Shown here: positions 25,863 to 36,634 of the stretch, one piece after another
Numbering within the stretch: the first letter of the stretch is position 1
How the letters are laid out: each line of letters opens with the position of its first letter
Assembly (NCBI GenBank): GCA_035221665.1
Contig: CM069160.1
Span: 30,442,001 to 30,506,000, forward strand
From: Okamejei kenojei
Taxonomy: Eukaryota
Direction: 5' to 3'
DNA length: 64,000 nt
Notes under the pieces: generated by a model
Seen by the model: the letters and a program-made list of their open reading frames with translations, nothing else
Told to the model about the DNA's origin: nothing
The model's database searches: none
Translations under genes and position numbers: made by a program

Positions 25863-26147
25863 CTGATATCTGAAGGTGAGCCTTTCGTGTTTGCCTCAGT
25901 AAGTGACTTTGCATGAAACAGGAATACCTGTTCACGGCATCGCCCCTGACAAAGAGGTAGCTGTGGACAGTGATCAGCCCGCTGGAGTCCTCGGTGAACC
26001 AAGTGTCAGACCGCGCAGTCACATCCCGTCTACTCCCATCCAGCCACCATAACTCCGGCTCGGGAAACCACCCATCGGACGTGCACACAACAACCACTCC
26101 TTGCTCGGTGCGTTCTTCCAAGCGGATCAAGGGCTGGAGTCCAAAAC
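25863..26147 (-). CDS. Gene 2 IgC domain exon, copy B
   Basis: 285 nt, phase 1-1, open. VVVVCTSDGWFPEPELWW..NRYSCFMQ is a butyrophilin-type IgC. Confidence 0.92.
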
Positions 26148-26717
26148 CTACTCAGAGTCACAGGGAGATGAGGTTCAGAGACACGTAGAGACATGGATTC
26201 ATCGGGTCATAGAGGCAGAGAAACAGAGACAGAGGCAGGGCGACCACGGTGGCGCAGTGGTAGAGTTGCTGCCTTACAGCGAATGCAATGGCGGAGACCC
26301 GGGTTCGATCCTGACTATGGGTGCTGTCTGTATGGAGTTTGTACGTACTCCCCATGACTAGCGTGGGTTTTCTCTGAGATCTTCCATTTCCTCCCACACT
26401 CCAAAGAGGTTAGGTGGCTTGGTAAATGTTAAAAAAATGTCCCTAGTGGGTGTAGGATGGAGTTAGTGTGCTGGGATCGCTGGTCGGCATGGACCCGGTG
26501 GGCCGAAGGGCCTGTTTCCGCGCTGTGTCTCTAAAACTAAACTAAAGACTGAGGCAGAGAGACAAAAAGACACAAAGATACCGACACAGAAACACAGCAA
26601 CAGAGACACAAAATCTCCTGAGGATTAACAAATTCATAATTTATAGGAGCAGAATTAAGCACGTTTATGAGAATGATCTCCGGAATGATTGGGTTAACAT
26701 ACAATGAGCGTTTGATG

Positions 26718-27281
26718 TAGGGTTGACAACTTTCTCACTCCCAAATAAGGGACAAAAGGTCAAAATACGGGACAAATTCCTGACGGCAATTCGTTGACCG
26801 ACTCGGCCATGGCTGAGTGAATGATGAGTTGGCCCTGTGCTGGACTGCAGGGGAGGTTTGGACTGATGGGGTAGGCGGGGGGGGGGGAGAAAGGAAAAAG
26901 GAGGAGGAGGAGCCCGAGGGCTGAGGGAGAGGTTTGGAAGTGCACAAGACAGCAAGGATCAACAGAATTGAGAGAATTCAATGTTCTCTCCAAGAGGATG
27001 CAGACTCCCCAAGCGGAATATGAGGTGCTGTTCCTCCAATTTGCGGTGCTGCTCACTCTGGCCGTGGAGGAGGCCCAGGACAGAGAGGTCGGATGCTGAA
27101 TGGGAGGGGGAGTTGAAGTGCTGAGCCACCGGGAGGTCGGATTGGTTATTGCAGACCGAGCGGAGGTGTTCGGCGAAACGATAGCAGTCACGTACAGGAC
27201 AAGGGCGGTCCCGTACGGGACAAACCAATTTAGCCCAATATATGGGATGTCCCGACTAAACCGGGACAGTTGGCGACCCTA
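26718..27281. mobile_element. Non-autonomous hAT (Blackjack-like) element containing a Penelope fragment; relatives at about 33160-33596 and 55805-57510
   Basis: Termini TAGGGTTGACAAC and GTTGGCGACCCTA, subterminal GGGAC repeats and an internal GIY-YIG piece. Confidence 0.65.
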
Positions 27282-27317
27282 TGGGGCCCAAAAAGGTTTT
27301 CCACAGGTGGGACTTAC

Positions 27318-27659
27318 TTTCAACATCCAGATACAGTGCCATCTGCAGGTGGGAGGTTTTGGTCCTGGTGGAGCAGGTGTAGATGCCAATGTCTGAGAAT
27401 TTAATCCACTTCAGTTTAAGTGAGGCATTTCCGCGGTGAAACTCTTCCTGAAAGAGTTCTGTCCTCCCTCGATAAGCCTCGTCCTGCGCGTCCAGTCGAT
27501 CCTGCCCGCCGGTGTATAAATGTACCAGCGACCCTGATGTAAACCATCTCACCTCCAATTCCTTCAGGGCTGTAACTGGCCTCAACCTGCACTCCAGGAG
27601 GATATCACCACCCACTACGCTGGTGACAAAACTTCTTGACGAAATAACATCGGGATTCT
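27318..27659 (-). CDS. Gene 2 IgV domain exon, copy B
   Basis: 342 nt, phase 1-1, open. VVGGDILLEC..EVRWF..YRGRTELF..GNASLKL..DIGIYTC, a close paralog of copy A. Confidence 0.92.
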
Positions 27660-29069
27660 CTGGAGAAAGGCAACATATTAAACAAAGAGTGAAGGAAAGA
27701 TCTGGCTTACACCGAAGATAGACACAAAACACTGTAGTGACCAAACGGGTCTGGGGGAAAAGGAGCCTGAAGAAGGCTCTCGACCCGAAACGTCAATCAT
27801 TCCTATCCTCCAGAGATGCTGCCTGTCCTGCTGAGTTACTCCACCATTTGTGCCTATCCTCCGTATTAAGCGGAGGACTCAGCAGCGGGCACGGTGGCCA
27901 GCCTTAGAGTTTCTGACTCACAGCACCAGAGACCCGGGTTCGATCCTGACTATGGGTGCTGCCTATAGGGGCCTAGCCCTTGATTCCTCAAAGAATCCTT
28001 GATTCATCAAGGAATCTCCTAAGGTTCCCTTAAGGAATCAAGGGATATGGGGGGAAAAGCAGGAAGGGGGTATTGATTTTAGATGATCAGCCATGATCAT
28101 ATTACTCCTGCACCTATTATCTATGCTTCTGTGCACAACTCCTCCCCCTTCTGTCGTGGGGTAGACTGAGACTGACTCCTCTCTCCCCCCCCTCCCCCCC
28201 CTCCCCCCCTCTCCTCCCCCTCTCCCCCCCACACCTCACCAATCTTTGCACATCCCCAATCCTTTCCACTCGTCACTTTATTTCCCGATGTTGGGGGAGT
28301 CCAGAACCAGGGGCCAGTTTCAGAATAAGGGGTAAGCCATTTAGAACGGAGACGAGGAAACATTTTTTCACACAGAGAGTTTGTGAGTCTGTGGAATTCT
28401 CTGCCTCAGAGGTGGTGGAGGCCGGTTCTCTGGATACTTTCAAGAGAGAGCTAGATAGGGCTCTTAGAGATAGCAGAGTCAGGGGATATGGGGAGAAGGC
28501 AGGTACGGGGTACTGATTGGGGATGATCAGCCATGATCACATTGAATGGCGGTGTTTGCTCGAAGGGCCGAATGGCCACTCCTGCACCTATTGTCTATTT
28601 TCATGTTTAATATATTTTGTGCTTATAGAACTGTTGACAGATCAATTCCCCTCCTGAGGTAAATAAAGTTCTATCGTATCGTATCTGAGATTAGGATTTA
28701 AATTAAGGTAATTATACTCGAGAGGCAGTTTTACTGAGTTATACTGAGGAGCAGCACCTCATATTTCACTTGAGCAGTTTGCACCCCAGCAGTATGAACA
28801 TTGATTTCTCCAATTTCATGTAGTCCCTGCTTTCTCCTCCCCTTCCCAGCTCTCAGTCAGCCCACTGTCTCCGCCTTTTCCTTTCTTCTTCCCGCCCCCC
28901 ACCCTCACATCAGTCTGAAGAAGGGTCTTGACCCGAAACGCCGCCTATTTCCTTTCCCTCCATAGATGCTGCCTCACCCGCTGAGTTTCTCCAGCATTTT
29001 TGTCTACCCTCGAGAGGCAGTTGCTCTGTGTTGCGATTCTGTGTCAACCGAAGGTGGAATGATTTCCAG

Positions 29070-30607
29070 CAGGCACGTGCCGTCAGGGTAGGCAAGGTAG
29101 ACACTGCCTACCCTGATTAAGATTATGAAATGGCAATTATTAAATATAAATAGTAAAGGCATGGGAGAATTATGCCTATCTAAGAGATGGATCTCTTAGG
29201 TAGGTATAATTTTCCGTGCCTTTTGTCCGCAGCGCTTGTAACACGGGAAGGACTGTGCAGCCCACGGGCCGTCAGCGCTGCCTGAGACGTCAGTTTCAAG
29301 GGGAGCTGAAGGCAGCAGAAATTCTGCCTTTGCAGCACTGCGCATGCCCAGCGCGAGTTTCTTGGCGGGATTTTCGAATATGGATTGCCATTATTTTAAT
29401 AGTTTCTCAGGAAACAAAAAGTGAAGAATGGACTTAATGTACCAATAACGTGGTAAGTGCATTTCTTGATGCTTAATTTTTATAAATGCTGTATTTCCCG
29501 GGGTGGGGGGGGGGGGGGGGGGGGAGAGCTCCGTTCACAGTGTTTGGGGAGTCTGGCGTTGTGAAGGAGAGGTTCGGGGTCAGTAACCTTGCCACGCTCC
29601 GGTCTGAATGCAGGTAGATGGGACTAGGTGAGAGTAAGTGTGTGACATGGAGTAAAAGGACGGAGATGGCCTGTTTCCGTGCTGTAATTGCTATATGGTT
29701 TTATTGTGGCCGGGGAGTGAATTAGCTTGGGTGGCTGCCGCAGCGCTCCGGGCACGGACAGCACAACTGGCCGCCACTTCTGAGGAAGGAAGCAGCTCGG
29801 GTGACTGACTTTGAGCGGCCGCCGGGACCCTGCCATTTCAGCCACTTCAGCCCCGTCTGCTAGTCCCCGTCTCCTCTGGCTGTGCTTTCCGTCTGAACAT
29901 CTCTCACCTGCCGCTCGCCGGCCGGCATCCCGCAAATCTTTAAATTCCGATAGCGGGTTCACGGGACCAGTTGAGGTTACTCAGCTGTGGGAATTTAAGG
30001 ATTTGCGGGATGTGGTTGACATGAGCGAAGCCGGCGAGCGGCAGGTGAGAGATGTTCAGACGAAGAGCACTGCCAGAGGTGAGCCGGCTGGCAGAAGGCG
30101 CTGAAGTGGCAGCCGGTTCTGTTGTCGGGTCCCGGCGGCCGCTCGCACCCGAGCTGCTTCTATCCCCGGAAGTGGCGGGCAGTTCTGCTGTCCGTGCCCG
30201 GAGCGCTGCGGCAGCGGTGAGTGAGTCTGACATGATCTCTGACCCCCTCCTTTTCAACACTCCTGCCCTCCCCGCATCTTTAACCCCTGGCACAGACTCT
30301 CCACGCGCTGTGAAGAACTCTCCCTCCAAATGGACCCTTGAATTAGTATTGTCATTCAATAAGATGACAACTGATTCAACGTCCCGGTGTGCTCCCGTTT
30401 TTCCCACCATCTCTCCACCTGCCTTCATCCTCCGTCCCCCACCCATTCAGTGATTAGAAAATGAAGGAGATTGAGAAGCCTTGGTAAAATTGAATTGTTA
30501 CTTATTTTTTATTTTTTACGAAGAGAACAATCTGCGCATGCGCGGTTTAAGATTTTTAAAAAGCCGACTGACTGCCTACCCGAGTAATTACTCACGGCAC
30601 GTGCCTG
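29070..30607. mobile_element. Non-autonomous hAT transposon, 1538 bp, 14-bp TIR, 8-bp TSD
   Basis: TIR CAGGCACGTGCCGT / ACGGCACGTGCCTG. TSD ATTTCCAG at 29062-29069 and 30608-30615. The paralogous intron at about 25850 shows the empty site. Confidence 0.92.
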
Positions 30608-30627
30608 ATTTCCAGTCACTGACGTAC

Positions 30628-30909
30628 CTGATATCTGAAGATGGGCCTCTTTTGTCCACCATGAGCGACTTCCCACGAAACAGGAATACCTGTTCACGGA
30701 ATCGCTCCTGACATCGATGTGGACTGTGGACAGTGATCAGCCCGCTGAAGTCCTCGATGAACCGAGTTTCAGACCGCACGATCACATCCTGTCCACTCCA
30801 TCCTGCCACCATATCCCCGTCTGGGGAAACCATCCATCGGACGTGCACACCTTGTGCAATTCTTGCTCGGTGCTTTTTTCCAGGCGGATCCGGGGCTGGA
30901 GTTCAAAAC
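30628..30909 (-). pseudogene. Gene 2 IgC exon, copy A, disrupted by -1/+1 frameshifts with an intervening stop
   Basis: Paralogous to 25863-26147 (GFELQPRIRLE..VCTSDGWFP..VNRYSCF..AHLQIS) with intact splice sites. There is a -1 near 30798, a TGA at 30784-30782 and a +1 near 30721. Confidence 0.75.
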
Positions 30910-30929
30910 CTACTCAGAGTGACAGGGAC

Positions 30930-31508
30930 ATCACACGCTGCCATACTGGTGAGTAAGGCAAGGCAGCGCCTTTACCACCTCAGGCAGCTGAGGAAATTCA
31001 GAGTCTCTCTTAGGATCCTTCAGTCCTTCTACTCTGGGGCTGTAGAAAGCATCTTGTCCGGCAACATCACAATCTGGTTTGGGAACTGCTCTGCCCAGGA
31101 CAGGAAGGCTCTGCAGAGAGTAGTGCGTTCGGCCGAACACACTATGGGAACTACACTCACACCCCTGCAGGACCTATACACCAGGAGGTGCAGATCCACA
31201 GCCAGCAACATTATGGGGGACCCCTACCCCCCCCAGCAACGGACTGTTCCAGCTGCTACGGTCAGGCAAACACCTCCGCTGTCACGCTGTGAAAACAGAG
31301 AGGATGAGACGGAGTTTCTTCCCACAGGCCATTAGGACTGTAAACTCTGATCTCACCAAGGAGTAAATACTATTGCGTCTTATTTTTTTAATGTCAATAC
31401 TCATTCTGTTCTGTTCTGTAGTTTTTACACAATCCCGCAGGCATTGCCACTTTCCCTGTACATCTTGTATGTGAATGTGACAAATAAAGTGGACTTGGCT
31501 TGACTTGA
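30930..31508 (+). mobile_element. Rex1/Babar-type LINE 3' fragment with (GACTT)n tail
   Basis: KARQRLYHLRQLRKF..FYSGAVESILS..WFGN, followed by AATAAA and a short repeat tail. Confidence 0.85.
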
Positions 31509-31769
31509 GGATTAATAAATTCATAACTTATAGGAGCAGAATTAAGCCACCTGGCCCATCAAGTCTACTCCGCCATTCAATCACGGCTGATCTATCGCTC
31601 CCTCTCAACTCCATTCTCCTGCCTTCTCCGCATAACGCCTGGCACTCTTACTAATCAAGAATCTGGCAATCTCTGCCTTATAAATATCCAATGACTTGAC
31701 CTTCGACTATTATTGTTATTATTGCTCTATTGTATTTTATTTGCGTGTACATATGTGTGCGTGAGTGTG

Positions 31770-31781
31770 TCCATATATATA

Positions 31782-31813
<32 letters not shown>

Positions 31814-31922
31814 GATCTATATATATGTGTATTTGTGAGTATGTGTATATATACACACACTGAACTGTCATATTGTTATTTGTATTCTATTGTTCACAGT
31901 GGACATTGTTCACATACTCTGT

Positions 31923-31972
<50 letters not shown>

Positions 31973-32082
31973 CTATATATATGTGTATTTGTGAGTATGT
32001 GTATATATACACACACTGAACTGTCATATTGTTATTTGTATTCTATTGTTCACAGTGGACATTGTTCACATACTCTGTTGTG
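31770..32082. repeat. (TA)n microsatellites within a ~157-bp tandem duplication
   Basis: Two copies of TATATA..TGATCTATA..CATACTCTGTTG. Confidence 0.85.
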
Positions 32083-32147
32083 CTGCAGCAAGTGAGAATT
32101 TAATTGTTCTGTGAAATATGACAAAAAAACACTCTTGACTCTTGAAA

Positions 32148-32872
32148 CTTGGGAAAAGGGGAAATACAATAGGATCTGGGGGTCCTTGTTCACCAGTAAG
32201 CATTCAGGTACAGCAGGCAGTGAAGAAAACGAATGGCATGTTGGCCTTCTTAACAATAGGAGTTGAGTAGCAGAGCAAAGAGGTCCTTCTGCCGTTGTAC
32301 TGGGCCCTAATGAGACCACACCTGAAGTATTGTGTGCAGTTTTGGTCCCCTAATTTGAGGTAGGACAGTATTGCTATTGATGGAGTGCAGCGTAGGTTTA
32401 CATGGTTAATTCCTGGGATGGCCGGGCTGTCATGTGCTGAGAGAATGTGCTGGGCTTGTATACTCTGGCGTTTAGAAGGATGAGAGGGGATCTTATTGAA
32501 ACATATAAGATTATTCAGGGTTTGGACATACTAGAGGTAGGAGACATGTTTCCGATGTTGGGGGAGTCCAGAACCAGGGGCCACACAGTTTAAGAAGGAC
32601 TAAGCCATTTAGAATAAAGATGAGGAAACACTTTTTCACACAAAGAGTTTTGAGTCTGTGGAATTCTCTACCTCAGAGGGGGGTGGAGGCTGGTTCTCTG
32701 GATGCTTTCAAGAGAGAGCTAGATAGATTTTTATAGATAGCAGAGTTAAGGGATATGGGAAGAAGGCAAGAACGGGGTACTGATTGTGGATGATCAGCTA
32801 TGATCACAATGGTGGTGCTGGCTCAAAGGGCCGAATGGCCTACTCAGTGCATCTATTGTCTATTGTCTATTG
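32148..32872 (+). mobile_element. Degenerate CR1 3' fragment
   Basis: Diverged CR1 RT C-terminus with a (CTATTGT)n tail. Confidence 0.85.
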
Positions 32873-33630
32873 ACTCTCTCTTGACCTCCACAGCCATCTG
32901 TAGCAATCAATTCCACAGATTCACCACCCTCTGACAAAATAAATTCCTCCTCTTCTACTTTCTGAAGGTACGTCCTTTCATTCTCACGCTGTGCATCTGG
33001 CTCTAGACTCGCCCGCTAGCGTAAGTTCGGCAAGTTTCAATGAGGTACCCCCTCATCCTTCTGAAACTCCAGCAAGTGGAAGCCCAGTGCCATCAAACGC
33101 TCATCGTACGTTAACACAATTATTCCGGGGATCATTCTCGTAAATCCCCCCTGGACTCCCGTAAGGGACTGCCCTTGTCCCGTATTTGACTGCTACTACT
33201 CGGGTCGAAGGGACTGTCGGGTTGGAGCGCCGCATCCGGTCCCGCCTCACCTCTCACGACGTAGTGCAGCCCATGGAGTGCAGCAGCAGCAGCAGCAGCG
33301 CCTCGCCCGTGGCGGTCCGGCACGGCCAACTGTCCGACCTTCGCTTATAGCCGACATCCCCACCGCCCCTCCTTCTCATCAGTTCATGAGTTGGATGGGG
33401 TACCGGACTTTGCTTGCGGCCTGGGCCAAAACCTATCAGCTGGCCCGCCGGCTGGGCTTTGTGTGCAGTCCAACACCCGGGCCAACTCATCATTCACCCA
33501 GCCACGGCCGAGTCGGTCAACAAATTGCTGTCGGGAATTTGTCCCGTATTTTGAACTTTCGTCCCTTATTTGGGAGTGAGAAAGTTGGCAACCCTACGTC
33601 AAACGCTCATCGTACATTAACCCAATCATT

Positions 33631-34150
33631 GAAACATAGAAACATAGAAAATAGGTGCAGGAGGAGACCATTCGGCCCTTCGAGCCAGCACCGCCATTCA
33701 TTGTGATCATGGCTGATCGTCCCCTACCAATAACCCGTGCCTGCCTTCTCCCCATATCCCTTGATTCCACTAGCCCCTAGAGTTCTATCTAACTCTCTCT
33801 TAAATCCATCCAGTGATTTGGCCTCCGCTGCCCTCTGTGGCAGGGAATTCCATAAATTCACAACTCTCTGGGTGAAAAAGTTTTTTCTCACCTCAGTCTT
33901 AAATGACCTCCCCTTTATTCTCAGACTGTGGCCCCTGGTTCTGGACTCGCTCAACATTGGGAAATTTTTTCCCGCACCTAGTTTGTCCAGTCCTTTTATA
34001 TTTTTTTCAGTTTCCATAAGATCCCCCCTCACCCTTCTAAACTCCAGTGAATGCAAGCCTGGTCTTTTCAATCTGTCCTCATATGACAGTCCCGCCATCC
34101 CAGGGATCAATCTCGTGAACCTACGCTGCACTGTCCTTCCTCAAATTAGG
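33631..34150 (-). mobile_element. CR1 3' fragment
   Basis: ORF QRRFTRLIPG..GYGEKAGTGY and an (ATAGAAAC)n tail. Confidence 0.9.
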
Positions 34151-34247
34151 AGATCATTCTCGTTAACCCCCCCCGGACCCTGTTCAACACCAGCACACCT
34201 TTCCTCAGGTATGAGGCCCAAAATAGTTTCCCACAGGTGGGACTCAC

Positions 34248-34589
34248 CTTCAACGGCCAGATACAGCCCCATCTGCAGATAGGTGGTGTTGGTCCTGGTG
34301 GAACAGGTGTACATGCCATTGTCTGAGGCTTTAATCCACTTCAGTTTAAGTGAGGCATTTCCGAGGTGAAACTCTTTGGGAAAGAGTTCCGTCCTCCCTC
34401 GATAAGCCTTGTTCTGCACATCCAGTCGATCCTGACCGCCAGAGTACAAATGTACCAGCTTTGTTGACTTAAACCATCGCACCTCCAATTCCTTCAGGGC
34501 TGTAACTGGTCTCAACCAGCACCCCAAGATGACATCGCCACCCACTACGCCGTAGAAGGGACTTTCAGGCGAAATATAATGGGCTTCCC
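34248..34589 (-). CDS. Gene 2 IgV domain exon, copy A
   Basis: 342 nt, phase 1-1. VVGGDVILGC..EVRWFK..VHLY..YRGRTELF..GNASLKL..DNGMYTC is a butyrophilin/B7 V-set pattern. Confidence 0.92.
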
Positions 34590-36141
34590 CTGGTGAAAGG
34601 CAACATATTAAACAAAGTGTGTAGGAAGGAACTGGCTTACACCGAAGATAGACACAAAACACAGTATTAACAGGCAGCGTCTCAGGAGAACAAGGAGTCA
34701 GAAGAAACATTATCTTATTGAAACATATAAGATTATTACTTGGACACAGGTTTGGACACGTTAGAGGCAGGAAACACGTTCCCGATGTTGAGGGAGTCCG
34801 GACCCAAGGGCCACACAGTTTGAGAATAAGGGGTAAGCCATTTAGAACGGAGATGAGGAACCACTTTTTCACACAGAGAGTTGTGAGTCTGTGGAATTCT
34901 CTGCCTCAGAGGGCGGTGGAGGCCGGTGGAGGCCGGTGGAGGCCGGTTCTCTGGATACTTTCAAAAGAGAGCTAGATAGGGCTCTTAAAGATAGTGGAGT
35001 TAAGAGATATGGAGAGAAGGCAGGAACAGGTACTGATTGGGGATGATCAGCCATGATCACATTATGGCGGTGCTGGCTCGAAGGGCCGAATGGTCTACTC
35101 ATGCACATACAGTCTATTGACCTGAAATGTCACACATTCCTTCTCTCCAGAGATGCTGCCTGTCCCGCTGAGTTACTCCAGCATTTTGTGTCTATCTTCC
35201 GTATTAACCAGAGTACTTAGGTGCAGGCACAATGGCGCAGCGGTAGATTTGTTGCCGCACAGTGCCAAAAACCCAGAGTTCGATCCTGACTACGGGTGCT
35301 GCCTGTACGGAGTTTGTAACTCCTCCTCGCAACCGTGTTGTTTTTCTCCGGGAGCTCCGGATTCCTCCCACACGGCAAAGATGTACAGGTTTGTAGGTCA
35401 GCTGGCTTGGTGACATTGTAAATTGTCCCTGGTGTGTATAGGATAGTGTGAGAGTGTGGGCCAAAGGGCAATTTTGAATTCCGTTCAAAATTAAACCAAA
35501 CTAATTCAATTTTTAGAGTTCTCTAGAGATGCTGCCTGACATGTTAAGTTACCCCAGCACTCAGTGTCCTTTTTTATATTAACCAGCATCTGCAGTTCCT
35601 CTTTTCTGCATTTTGGGCGGCATGGTGGCACAGTGGGGCTGTTGTTGCCTTGGAGCGCCAGAGATCTGGGTTCGATCCTAACTGCGGGTGGTGTCGATAC
35701 CGAGTTTGCGCCTGCACCTCTTTAGAATGTGTCAGGAAACCTGGAGCACCTGCAGAAAACCCACACAGTATTGGGGAGAACGTACAAACTCCGCCTCCGT
35801 GGTCAGGATCGAACCCAGGTCTCTGGCGCTGTGAGGCGGCAAACACTACTACGCGACTGCACTAACTCCGTGCTGCTGGGGTGGCCACGTTGGCGTAGCG
35901 GTACAGTTGCTGCTTTGCAGCGCCGGAGACCCGGGTTCGATCCCGACTATGGGCGCTGTCTGTACCGAGTTCTCCGTGCAAACTGCATGGGTTTTCTCCG
36001 AGATCTTCGGCTTGTGCAGGTTTGTAGATTACTGTCTCTAGTGGGTGTAGGATAGTGTTAATGTGCGGGGATTTGTGCGGACTCAGCGCACAGTTTCTCC
36101 AAACTAAACTAAACAGAACTATTAACAATTTATTTGCTTAC

Positions 36142-36202
36142 CCATCATAACTGCTTGAACAAGTACAAACACAAGACAACAACAGCAGCATCTTCCCTTC
36201 AT
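36142..36202 (-). CDS. Butyrophilin/B7-like gene 2, signal peptide exon (MKGRCCCCCLVFVLVQAVMM-G)
   Basis: ATG, basic N-region and hydrophobic core, with a phase-1 donor G|GTAAGC. The upstream acceptor ctctttgcAG at 36233 gives a short 5' UTR portion. Confidence 0.8.
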
Positions 36203-36634
36203 CACTGGAATGAAATAATTGAACTGTTTCACCTGCAAAGAGAATATATATTTATATTTTAGAGCATCTTTTAACGACAGCACAATCGAGCAGCTGGTAA
36301 ATCCACTACCTCACATCACCAGGGACAAGCTTTGATCCTGATGTCAGGTGCTGTCTGTGTGTGTAGAGTTTCTCCCTGGGACCACGTGGATTTCCACCAG
36401 GTGCTCCGGTTTCCTCCCACATCCCCAAAACATACGGATTTGTCGGTTAAGTGGCCCTCGGTAAATTGTCCCTAGTGATTTAGTTCTCAGGGCTAAAGGA
36501 ATCAAGGGATATAGACAATAGTCAATAGGTGCAGGAGGAGGCCACTCGGTCCATTGAGCCGGCACCGTCATTCAATGTGATCATGGCTGATCATCCCTGT
36601 TCCTGCCTTCGACCCATAATCCCCGACTCCGCTG

